Below, piece after piece: positions 16,569-24,787 of a stretch of 26,532 nt of DNA (positions within the stretch are counted from its first letter, which is position 1; each line of letters begins with the position of its first letter). Where the stretch lies: positions 1-26,532 of the IMG/VR virus record IMGVR_UViG_3300049472_000071; one strand, given 5' to 3'. The notes under the pieces were generated by a model. It searched no databases. It saw nothing but the letters and a program-made list of their open reading frames with translations, and had not been told where the DNA came from. This stretch comes from a virus. Taxonomy: Duplodnaviria; Caudoviricetes. The position numbers were made by a program, and so were the translations under genes.

Positions 16569-17992
16569 CTAAAGTCTTTACGAATTGGCTTGCGTTCTGC
16601 CATTCTACTAAATGTTTTTAACGGCTGAACAACTACGTTCTTGTGATACCATTGAAGGATGTAAAAACAATCCATTAAGTGGTTCATGAAGTCAACTGGC
16701 TTGCGTACAGCGTTGCCGTCTTTGTCTTCCATCCACTTGTAACGCTTCAATTCACGTATCAAATTTAGCGAATTTTTATCTACAAACAAGTTGTACCGTT
16801 TCACTATGTCTATACGCTCCTCAATTGAACCTGCGCCTTTTACGCAAGGGTGTATATTAAAACCAGCACGATTTATTTCTTCAATCGAATCAGGTCGTGA
16901 ACTATCGGCTTCAATACGGCTCTTATCTTGTACTATTCCGTGTAGGTGTGCTATCAAATCGCCCGTTGTTAGCCTATTCTTGTATAACTTTTCCGAGATA
17001 TAGCAATCATTACCTATCACTTTTATTTCCATCAAAGCAGAAGGGTCATTTGAGAAGCCAAAGTCTAAACCGTACCCTTTAAATTTACCTTCTATTTTGT
17101 CGTAATTATCAATGATTGTGAACTGGTCGTAAACTAAACCACCTTCAAACGGTCTAGGGTCTTGTTGATACAAAGCATGAAAAGTACGGGGGCTTTTATT
17201 CCTTACTTCCTCTAATCGCTCTAAGCTATGCTGTTCCCCCCAAAGTGGTTCACCTAGTTGTCTAGGGTCTATTTCATTAGGAGTTTCTTTTATTGCCTCA
17301 AAGAGTACTATGTGCCAATCCTTTTCAGTTGCTAGTATTCGCCCTGCAAGGTCGTCTTCATCCCATCGAGTCATACAAAGGATTATCTGGCTATCATTGT
17401 GCATCCTTGTTAGGAATACATCATTATACCACTCCCACGCTCTCGCCCTGAAGGTAGCCGATTGAGCCGCCACGCTGTCCTTTATCGGGTCGTCAATGAT
17501 TCCAATGTCCGCTGGCGTACCTGTAAGAGAACCACCAACGCCAATAGACTTGTAAAACCCTCGATGGTCAACTACCTCAAATATATCCGCATTACGCAAA
17601 TAACCGCCTTTTGAATCGCTTACAACATTCTTTGAATTTAATTTCGTGTCAGGAAAAACAGAAAAATACTTTTCGTCATCAATAATTCTTTGAACATCTC
17701 GATTGAAAGCACTTGACAGATCACTTGAATACGAACAACCGATAATCCGATTCTTTGGGTTAATGCCTAAAAGGTATGAAGGTAAACGTCTGGAAACTAT
17801 TTCACTTTTGCCATGTTGAGGTGGCATGAATACCATCAACTTTTTAATCTCTTTCTTTGCAAACTTATCGCAAGCGTCCATTAAAACGGTATGATGCCAA
17901 TTGACACGATAGTCTGGCTTAGTGTATTTTACGAACGTATTAAAATTACGCCTTGCAAGTTCTTGATATGCTTTGTCGTAATCAACATGCAT
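16565..17992 (-). CDS. terL: Terminase large subunit
   Basis: Walker A MPPQHGKS, Walker B GIIDDP, motif III MTRW, LYQQDP, and a nuclease domain with GLDFGFSNDP, ADS and NHLMD. Confidence 0.95.
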   Translation of the reverse strand: MHVDYDKAYQELARRNFNTFVKYTKPDYRVNWHHTVLMDACDKFAKKEIKKLMVFMPPQHGKSEIVSRRLPSYLLGINPKNRIIGCSYSSDLSSAFNRDVQRIIDDEKYFSVFPDTKLNSKNVVSDSKGGYLRNADIFEVVDHRGFYKSIGVGGSLTGTPADIGIIDDPIKDSVAAQSATFRARAWEWYNDVFLTRMHNDSQIILCMTRWDEDDLAGRILATEKDWHIVLFEAIKETPNEIDPRQLGEPLWGEQHSLERLEEVRNKSPRTFHALYQQDPRPFEGGLVYDQFTIIDNYDKIEGKFKGYGLDFGFSNDPSALMEIKVIGNDCYISEKLYKNRLTTGDLIAHLHGIVQDKSRIEADSSRPDSIEEINRAGFNIHPCVKGAGSIEERIDIVKRYNLFVDKNSLNLIRELKRYKWMEDKDGNAVRKPVDFMNHLMDCFYILQWYHKNVVVQPLKTFSRMAERKPIRKDFR

Positions 17993-17994
17993 AA

Positions 17995-18507
17995 CTATTT
18001 TTTAGCATCTAAGATTGCTTTTAGAACGTCATCACTTAATTTAGAATAGTCAATGTCTTCTTTAATTGATTCACCTTTGGTTGTATGGTCAACTCCTGTC
18101 TTGTCAACTAATCCAAGTTTACGAGCAATGATATTAGGGTTATAAGCCCCAACTGTTGCCCCCTCAAACTGTTGTGATTCAATAATAGTTCTTATAGCTT
18201 TAGTGACTCCGAAAAAATCCTTATATGAACCTTCGTTTGATTCATAATTTTTAAACGTATCTCTGTCTATATCAGCGTATAAGCAAAATGATTCAATAGA
18301 CATTGGTGTATTTGTTGGAATGTCAATCAAAGTTCCTGCCAAATCCCCTGACTTAATAGCTTCCTTTTTGTTCCAAACCTTTGTACTTATCCATTCAAAG
18401 TATTTTACAGCCTCGTCCCAAAGGAGTTCAGGAGTATAGGAAAACCCCCTCCCATGCTTATTTCTAAACGACCAATAATTATTTCCTTTTTCAAACGGTA
18501 CTGGCAT
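17995..18507 (-). CDS. terS: Terminase small subunit (P22 gp3-like DNA packaging protein)
   Basis: FEKGNNYW, TPELLW..A..YF.W, PMSIESFC and GA.VGAYNPNIIARKLGL motifs. It lies directly upstream of terL. Confidence 0.9.
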   Translation of the reverse strand: MPVPFEKGNNYWSFRNKHGRGFSYTPELLWDEAVKYFEWISTKVWNKKEAIKSGDLAGTLIDIPTNTPMSIESFCLYADIDRDTFKNYESNEGSYKDFFGVTKAIRTIIESQQFEGATVGAYNPNIIARKLGLVDKTGVDHTTKGESIKEDIDYSKLSDDVLKAILDAKK

Positions 18508-18524
18508 AACTGTATACTAATAAG

Positions 18525-18532
18525 CAAATATA
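18525..18532 (-). promoter_or_regulatory. Bacteroidota-type -7 promoter element (TATATTTG) upstream of terS
   Basis: TAnnTTTG match 17 nt before the terS ATG in an intergenic gap. Confidence 0.6.
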
Positions 18533-18579
18533 CAAAATATTAATTAGGTTGTAAACTTTCGCAAATCTTGGATTGCACT

Positions 18580-18768
18580 TTAATCCCGACGTAGTAAGCC
18601 ATAGTCTCGTTTTACCTTCAAGTCGTAAAGCAGGTAACTCTTGCTGCTTTTGTCTGGATAAATGGCTGAACTTGATAACGGCTTTTTGTCGCACGTCAAT
18701 CCAAATTCATTTAAAACTTCGTCAAAATACTGTTCGTGTTCAATAGGTATTGTTATTTGTCTTAGCAT
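18580..18768 (-). CDS. Hypothetical protein
   Basis: 62 aa, ATG start overlapping the end of the HTH gene. Confidence 0.55.
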   Translation of the reverse strand: MLRQITIPIEHEQYFDEVLNEFGLTCDKKPLSSSAIYPDKSSKSYLLYDLKVKRDYGLLRRD

Positions 18769-18989
18769 ATGTTTATTTTTTTACCCAATACCGACATATA
18801 AATGTTTATGATGTCAATCGAGAACGCAAATTTACCATTTTCTATTTTGGATATGGTGCTTTGACTTAATCCTGAAAGTTCGGAAAATTCATCTTGACTA
18901 AGCAATGAGGCATACCTTTCGTCACGTAGTGTTGCCCCCATGCTAATACGCATTTCTTGTAGTTTTGATTTTGGTATTTTAGTTGTCAT
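18762..18989 (-). CDS. XRE/Cro-C1 family helix-turn-helix protein
   Basis: LRDER...LSQDEFSELSGLSQSTISKIENGK is the canonical XRE HTH pattern. Confidence 0.9.
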   Translation of the reverse strand: MTTKIPKSKLQEMRISMGATLRDERYASLLSQDEFSELSGLSQSTISKIENGKFAFSIDIINIYMSVLGKKINIC

Positions 18990-18995
18990 GAATGG

Positions 18996-19487
18996 TTATT
19001 GTTTTACTTCCCAACTTTTTGAATAATTATGGTTTTGATAATATGCCGCAATGCCCAATTGCTGTTTTAGCCTGATATATTCTTCTGCTTCCATACCGAG
19101 GTTTTTTGCTATCTCTATATCTGAAAGCCCTAATTCATTCAGTTTTACGACTAAGTTGGACATGCTTTCTACCTTGTGCATCCCTTTTATTCTGTTCATT
19201 AAAACGGTCAATTGCATCGCTTGTTCAATAGTTATTTGCAAGTCGATTACCATTGCTTTTTTTGATTCAAGGCGTTTTAATGTCTCATACCTATGCTCCC
19301 CGTCAATTATCCTGTATTTGCCTTTTTCTTTGTCGAAAGTGGTTATAATTGGAAAAAGAAAACCATACGTTTTGATACATTCTTTTAACAAGTCCATTTC
19401 AGTCTTTGGCATTTTGTTCGGGTTGTAGTCATTTGCATATAGCATGTCAATGTCTACTACTATTGGGGTTACGAATTTGATTTCCAT
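18996..19487 (-). CDS. ParB/Srx-like nuclease-fold protein (IbrB/YbdM-like)
   Basis: LYANDYNPNKM, GFLFPII, IIDGEHRY and NRIKG.H, plus a C-terminal HTH (SDIEIAKNLGM). TAATG-coupled to the IbrA-like gene. Confidence 0.9.
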   Translation of the reverse strand: MEIKFVTPIVVDIDMLYANDYNPNKMPKTEMDLLKECIKTYGFLFPIITTFDKEKGKYRIIDGEHRYETLKRLESKKAMVIDLQITIEQAMQLTVLMNRIKGMHKVESMSNLVVKLNELGLSDIEIAKNLGMEAEEYIRLKQQLGIAAYYQNHNYSKSWEVKQ

Positions 19488-20563
19488 TATAGTATGTCTA
19501 TATATTTTTGTTTAACTATTTGTCTTTTTTCTTCGTGGTCAGTTCTTACGTCCGTTATGTTTTCAAAGTCGTTTATAAGTAGTTGTCCTACTTGCTGTTT
19601 ATACACGTCCTCGTTATTTGGGTGGTTTTCGAATCGTTTTATAAACCTTGCTTTTTGTGATGGATTGTGGTGGTTGTCCAATAGGAAGTCCCGAAACTCC
19701 TTCCATGTTTTGTAATGAGTAGGAAGTTTCTCGTTACTATACATTTGCTTTTCCTTCACATATCTCATCGCTGTCGCCACTCCTTTTATCCTTTGACATA
19801 GCCAATGGTAGGTTTCAGGTTCAAACTCTGGCAAATCGGCAAGGCAATCAAAACTTTTTTCGTGTATGAGGCAAGATACCCTCATGTTTTCCTTATGGTA
19901 GTTTTTGGCAAATTGCCAATCATACACCTTGTTGTACTTCACTTGGTTGTCAAACATATACCTCCAAATGTCATCAAAACCAAAATCGTAGATAGGGTAG
20001 AAATTTATTAGATTTGAGTTTGACGTTTTGGTACTCCAATTAATACCTTCAATTGCGGGGTTTTTGGTCACAGCCCGATACCTGTTAAGGCTTTCAGAAC
20101 TTCTTAACCCTATTAACTGTGCCGTTGGTTCTTTGTACTGGCTTTCCAATGCTGGCAATAGTTTTTCCCATGTCAGATTGGAAGGCAAACCTAAATCTTT
20201 TATGCTATCTTTTTCAAGTTCACGGATATGCCCTCCGTCCCAACAGTTGAGATAATCCTGTTCGTAACTTGCTGAATTAGTCATTTGAAAAGGGACTTGA
20301 TACCACCTGAATATTACATTATGTTGCCTTGACAAATGCCTTATTATTGCAATCGTATTAGCATATTCAGCTTCTTGGTCAATAAATACAGCCTCAAACG
20401 TCCTATTTCGTCTTATAGCTTCTTTATGTACCAAATCAAACATTACGCTACTATCCTTACCGCCGCTTACCGAAACTGTTATATGTTTGTACAAGTCAAA
20501 CAATAACGATATTCGTTCCCTTGCAGCATCAACTACGGTATTTAGTTTATAAATTCTTGCCAT
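19487..20563 (-). CDS. PAPS-reductase-like PP-loop protein (IbrA/YbdN, DUF3440-like)
   Basis: PP-loop VSVSGGKDS, FIDQEA, GLRSSESLNR, YPIYDF...DIW and MRVSCLIHE. Confidence 0.9.
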   Translation of the reverse strand: MARIYKLNTVVDAARERISLLFDLYKHITVSVSGGKDSSVMFDLVHKEAIRRNRTFEAVFIDQEAEYANTIAIIRHLSRQHNVIFRWYQVPFQMTNSASYEQDYLNCWDGGHIRELEKDSIKDLGLPSNLTWEKLLPALESQYKEPTAQLIGLRSSESLNRYRAVTKNPAIEGINWSTKTSNSNLINFYPIYDFGFDDIWRYMFDNQVKYNKVYDWQFAKNYHKENMRVSCLIHEKSFDCLADLPEFEPETYHWLCQRIKGVATAMRYVKEKQMYSNEKLPTHYKTWKEFRDFLLDNHHNPSQKARFIKRFENHPNNEDVYKQQVGQLLINDFENITDVRTDHEEKRQIVKQKYIDIL

Positions 20564-21053
20564 GGCAATTATGTGTGTATCTTTTTTGTGACATAAAATC
20601 TAAAAATCTTTCTATTACATAGTCTGTTTGAAGTATTTTATTACTATCCATTGACACGCTTAGATAGTATCCCTCGTTTTTCTGTTTTGCAAGCAATTGA
20701 TGTGGGCTGTGACCATCCAGAACAAAATAAAGCCCCTTTTGTGGCTTTATTTCTTTTTTGTTTAACCCCCTCAACACAAATGTAGAATCACAATAAAGTA
20801 TTAAATGATGTGTAAACTTATTATACCCCTTGTCAGTGTGGAGCGGAGTTTGCTTTTGCACTCCAATATAATGGGGGCTTGACGTGCCGATATTATTCCC
20901 CCACGTCTTTAGCTTGTGTTTTTTGTCTTTGAAAATATATTTCAAATCTAAAACGGATACATATGGCGTTTCACATACAATGTGTTCGATGTTATAAAAT
21001 GGGTACTCTGACTCATTTTCTTTTAACTGGTATGTCTCGAAATCTACTTTCAT
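20547..21053 (-). CDS. Putative 2OG-Fe(II)-type (double-stranded beta-helix) oxygenase
   Basis: HxD (TPLHTD) followed by beta strands, G.YFVLDGHSPH (distal His) and a final strand YLSVSMD. Confidence 0.55.
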   Translation of the reverse strand: MKVDFETYQLKENESEYPFYNIEHIVCETPYVSVLDLKYIFKDKKHKLKTWGNNIGTSSPHYIGVQKQTPLHTDKGYNKFTHHLILYCDSTFVLRGLNKKEIKPQKGLYFVLDGHSPHQLLAKQKNEGYYLSVSMDSNKILQTDYVIERFLDFMSQKRYTHNCHGKNL

Positions 21054-21646
21054 GACTTAAATGTTAATGATTGTCTTTTACTACTTCTACGTTTGTCTAT
21101 TGCCGAAACCCCTTCAATATGGTCAACTAGATTTGGCACTACTACCCAATATTTTATCTTATTCTGTTTAAAATATGATGCCATCATTATATCGGTTGGA
21201 CATCCTTTTTCAGTCATTGTCTGTTCGTATTCTTTCCCAAATTGGTAGATTTTTTTTGCCATGCCATTTGGTAGGTAATAACATTGTTGCATGGAAAAAT
21301 TGCCACCCAATTCATACCTACTCCCTTTTGTCAAATCTGCATTTCTTCTGGAAAAAAACTGGATTACTTCATTAGGTCTTTGTTTAATCTCAATAAGGCA
21401 TTTGTCCATAAAGTTCTCACATAATATAATGTCATCATCCATTTGGACAGTTGACTTCTCTCCAGCCAAATGCAACCCATTTAGATAATTTTTCCATGCT
21501 GATGTAATTATCTCATTATCATTAGTATAATTATCGTAATTTACAATTATATCATTAATGTTTTGCTTTATATTTTCAATATATTTTTCTCTGTTTCTAC
21601 AGGTTTGTACTATAAAAACTGGAATCAAATTGTGCTCTAAGTTCAT
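21050..21646 (-). CDS. Putative GT-A fold glycosyltransferase
   Basis: FIVQTC..RE start, VQMDDDIILC (DxD), PTD catalytic-base-like motif and PNLVDH...S, a GT25-like pattern. Confidence 0.65.
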   Translation of the reverse strand: MNLEHNLIPVFIVQTCRNREKYIENIKQNINDIIVNYDNYTNDNEIITSAWKNYLNGLHLAGEKSTVQMDDDIILCENFMDKCLIEIKQRPNEVIQFFSRRNADLTKGSRYELGGNFSMQQCYYLPNGMAKKIYQFGKEYEQTMTEKGCPTDIMMASYFKQNKIKYWVVVPNLVDHIEGVSAIDKRRSSKRQSLTFKS

Positions 21647-22622
21647 TGTTGAAAATTTTATCGTGGAAGTAAGATTCTAGCTTGTTGTTAATCAATTTTA
21701 GCTGAATTATGTCTTGAGAATATTTTAGGCTCGCCTCTATATACAGCCATGAATGAGGCTTTACGATTGGCATCTCGGCAAGTACGATGGTTTCAAACTT
21801 TTCAAAATCGCTAGGTTGGCTATGTATAGACAAAAACTTAACTGATTTATTTTCAATATATTTACCTATCATTTTCGGGTATATACCTAAAGCGTTTATC
21901 ACAATACAAGCATTTTTAAGGTCTTTTGTTGCCTTGTTCAATGCCTCGTATTTTGTTTCTATCAAATTTATTTGCTCGCTACAAGCATTATATAGCTTGA
22001 TTGGATTGGTAAACTCAGAAGTTTCTTTTGATTTGCGTGTGATATACTTTTGCAAATCCTGTTCTGTCATTTGCCACTCAACAAACTGTCTTTTTTTGAA
22101 AAAACAATCGTAGTCCTGAATATAATAGTCTTTTATTTTGTCTTTCAATACCGAAAAAGAATGAGCCAAATCAACACCGCCGTTATTTTTTTCCTCAAAA
22201 TGATTGCCTTTGAATGTGTTGTAAGACCCATATCCAAGTATGTTTTTACCTAATAAGTAAAACGGGTAAAATATCTCGTGCGGCTCAGTGTAGAACGGTA
22301 CTATGTCAGTTACTATCACATTTTTTAACCCTTGTGATATGTTTTTTAAATAGTCTTTTTTGCCGTCCCCAAAATAAACACACTTCAATACGTTGTCAAT
22401 TACCAGTAGTGAGTTTTCATTTACCGTTTTGGTAAACTCAATCCAATTCTCGGTCTTATTTAGGTCTTTTAACGGCAATATCAAAGCCTCGATACCTTCA
22501 TATACTTTTGCCCTATCTTTTTCGCATAAAATATAAATATTGCTTGGGTTTATCTCTTCGATTGATTTTCGGATAAAATTAACCCTACTTTTGTCCGATT
22601 TTGTGACGTAAAACTTTTTCAT
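21597..22622 (-). CDS. Degenerate (probably ATPase-dead) SNF2-like helicase paralog
   Basis: The start is revised to ATG 22622 (ATGA overlap, GAGG upstream). Segments align by eye with the neighbouring helicase, but Walker A/B and motif VI are eroded. Confidence 0.6.
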   Translation of the reverse strand: MKKFYVTKSDKSRVNFIRKSIEEINPSNIYILCEKDRAKVYEGIEALILPLKDLNKTENWIEFTKTVNENSLLVIDNVLKCVYFGDGKKDYLKNISQGLKNVIVTDIVPFYTEPHEIFYPFYLLGKNILGYGSYNTFKGNHFEEKNNGGVDLAHSFSVLKDKIKDYYIQDYDCFFKKRQFVEWQMTEQDLQKYITRKSKETSEFTNPIKLYNACSEQINLIETKYEALNKATKDLKNACIVINALGIYPKMIGKYIENKSVKFLSIHSQPSDFEKFETIVLAEMPIVKPHSWLYIEASLKYSQDIIQLKLINNKLESYFHDKIFNNELRAQFDSSFYSTNL

Positions 22623-23836
22623 AATACCTCTTTTAACTCTTTTTTGGTTATTGATTTGAAATACATCAAATTGTCGTACTTTTTGTCGTTGTTTTCTTTC
22701 ATTAAACTGCAAAGTTTCTTGTTTGATTGGAGTCTAATGTATATGCAGTCTTTCGTTTGACCAGTCCTATACGTCCTATACTTGTATTGGTCAACCTTTG
22801 CGAAATCCCATGTCTTGTCAAATTCAATAGTGACGTGCCTAGATTGTAGGTTAAGGCTCATTGCATCTGATTGGATGCTCAAAACTGGAATATTTGGGAA
22901 TCGCTTTTTACATTCTTTTTTGCTATCAATGAACTTGCAGTAAATGATTACATTTTCTTCCCCATAATAGTCAATATATGTTTTACAAATGGCAAACTTT
23001 TCTTCCGAGCAACTATACACATGCTGCATCTTCATTGTCATCTCAAGGAAAATGTTGTTGTTCATGAATTGCAGTTTTTCATTGTCAAGATATTTTACCT
23101 TCAATCGCTTATATTCCTCATTTTCTTCATCAGAAACCTTATAGCTGGCATCAATGTATTGCATCCCCACCTCTAGGCATAAATCAGCCTCATAAACGTA
23201 TGGTCGAATTAGCGAATACAAGTAATCAATGTTGTGATACTGAACAATATACTCTTTAGTATAGCCTTTTTTGCCCCCAAAGAACTTCGTCACCTTTTTG
23301 TATTCGCAAAACGTGTTTTTAAATTCAGCATCGGACATGTTTAGAATTTTCCTAGAAAGGAAGTCCATTTGCGGTTTAATGTCCAAAAGGTTACGGCTTA
23401 TGGGTGTCCCATTTAGAATCAACTTGTATTCACATCTATTGCTAAGTTCCTGAATACGTTTCGTGCGATTAGCCTCCACGTTTTTTATCAAAAGGCTTTC
23501 GTCACACACCAAAAAAGTATTTTTACTTTCGACCTTATTTAGCAATTCAAGATAGATTCTGTCGCTACTGCTTAGGCTTTCGATTCCATAGTAATATATT
23601 GGCACATCAAAGCCTCCCCACTTGTCCACTTCTGATTTAATGCCAGAACCTTCCATTATCGGATTGACTGATTTGAAAGGCGCAAGCCAAACTACTTGCT
23701 CAATATTAGGCGCACTTTTAATCAATTCAATTGCCGTCCTACTTTTACCAGTGCCGGGTCTTTTAAACAAAGCCCCTACTTTCAATAACGAAAGCTTGTC
23801 TATCGCTTGTGATTGGCTATCTAATAAGGCTTTCAT
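22619..23836 (-). CDS. SNF2-family (SF2) helicase/ATPase
   Basis: Q motif LLDSQ, Walker A PGTGKS, Walker B VCDES, motif III NGTP, motif V SLNLQ and motif VI QYKYRTYRTGQ. Confidence 0.9.
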   Translation of the reverse strand: MKALLDSQSQAIDKLSLLKVGALFKRPGTGKSRTAIELIKSAPNIEQVVWLAPFKSVNPIMEGSGIKSEVDKWGGFDVPIYYYGIESLSSSDRIYLELLNKVESKNTFLVCDESLLIKNVEANRTKRIQELSNRCEYKLILNGTPISRNLLDIKPQMDFLSRKILNMSDAEFKNTFCEYKKVTKFFGGKKGYTKEYIVQYHNIDYLYSLIRPYVYEADLCLEVGMQYIDASYKVSDEENEEYKRLKVKYLDNEKLQFMNNNIFLEMTMKMQHVYSCSEEKFAICKTYIDYYGEENVIIYCKFIDSKKECKKRFPNIPVLSIQSDAMSLNLQSRHVTIEFDKTWDFAKVDQYKYRTYRTGQTKDCIYIRLQSNKKLCSLMKENNDKKYDNLMYFKSITKKELKEVL

Positions 23837-24146
23837 TTACTTTTGATTCTATTGGTTCTATTCTTGTTGGAACGTGTGTTTCTACGTGTACATGAAAAGA
23901 AGGCTCTACGCGCTGTTTTTCTGGGTTAAACCAGCCTTCTTTTTTAGTAGAATATTGAAGTTCTTTTTTTTCTAATATCCATGCTGCTATCCAGTAGGCA
24001 TCTGACTTTTGTACATCATAATCCTGCCCGAATATTTGTGTCTTTTGGAGTATAGCCTCTGAACCATCAAATGCAACTGCTTTATATGCTTTGTCGCTTA
24101 TAGAGGTGAGACTCGAAAGCTTCACCGAATAGCATTTTGTTTTCAT
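23817..24146 (-). CDS. Hypothetical protein, coupled to helicase
   Basis: 109 aa beta-rich ORF overlapping the helicase start by 20 nt. Confidence 0.75.
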   Translation of the reverse strand: MKTKCYSVKLSSLTSISDKAYKAVAFDGSEAILQKTQIFGQDYDVQKSDAYWIAAWILEKKELQYSTKKEGWFNPEKQRVEPSFHVHVETHVPTRIEPIESKVNESLIR

Positions 24147-24433
24147 TAGACAACTTCAAAAATCAAGTCTCTGTCCGCATCTGAAAAACACAGAATATTT
24201 TTTGAGTCGCCATATCCTTTTTTAAACCAAGGTGAATCTATCCATTGATTGAAAGCATAAGCCAAATTGTCCCCTTCAATTGATTCTGTGGTAAAAGGAT
24301 TCTTTTTTGTTTCGTCAAACGAAATAATTATATCTATTCCAGTGTAAGGTTCATTAGCTCTATCGGCAGGGGCAAACCACTTGATTGTTTTCCCTACTAA
24401 TGTTTTTGCGATTTCTAGGCTTAACTCGTTCAT
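24146..24433 (-). CDS. Hypothetical protein
   Basis: 95 aa, ATG start, TAATG coupling to the next gene. Confidence 0.7.
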   Translation of the reverse strand: MNELSLEIAKTLVGKTIKWFAPADRANEPYTGIDIIISFDETKKNPFTTESIEGDNLAYAFNQWIDSPWFKKGYGDSKNILCFSDADRDLIFEVV

Positions 24434-24456
24434 GACTTTATTACTTATAAAGTTAA

Positions 24457-24669
24457 TTATTTGATTAATTTATGTACAGCAGTGGGATTAAGTAAGTACT
24501 CACGTACATGAGCCTCTTTAAATGTAAAAAGTTGGTGTTGGTCTGATATAACCAATATCCCATTAGAGTCCGCACCTTTTACAGTACATAAGCCAATATA
24601 AGAAACGATAAATGTTTTGTTGATTAAGTCTTTAGGACAAGCCGACTTGTATTTTCTTGAAAGTTCCAT
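24457..24669 (-). CDS. Hypothetical protein
   Basis: The start is revised to ATG 24669 (MELSRKYK), downstream of a promoter box and an A-rich leader. Confidence 0.6.
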   Translation of the reverse strand: MELSRKYKSACPKDLINKTFIVSYIGLCTVKGADSNGILVISDQHQLFTFKEAHVREYLLNPTAVHKLIK

Positions 24670-24717
24670 TGCATTTTTGCAGAGTTTTAAGAGCTGCCCC
24701 GCTCTGTTTGTGTGATA

Positions 24718-24725
24718 CAAAGATA
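24718..24725 (-). promoter_or_regulatory. Bacteroidota-type -7 promoter element (TATCTTTG) heading the helicase/modification operon
   Basis: TAnnTTTG match in a very AT-rich intergenic region. Confidence 0.6.
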
Positions 24726-24787
24726 ATTAATTATTCTATATAAATAATATAATAAGCTAAAAATGGTAGTTTACTCTTAGGTTTATT

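Noticed and set aside
18491-18694. 67-aa minus-strand ORF
   Set aside because: It overlaps both the 62-aa gene and terS and crosses the promoter region, so it is likely spurious.
19487-20563. Auxiliary sulfur-assimilation gene cysH
   Set aside because: It lacks the C-terminal ECGLH motif of true PAPS/APS reductases and is paired with an IbrB/ParB-like gene, so a metabolic AMG reading is unsupported.
22623-22712. N-terminal extension of the 371-aa ORF as given in the track
   Set aside because: It overlaps the helicase 3' end. ATG 22622 with ATGA coupling and GAGG upstream is the more plausible start.
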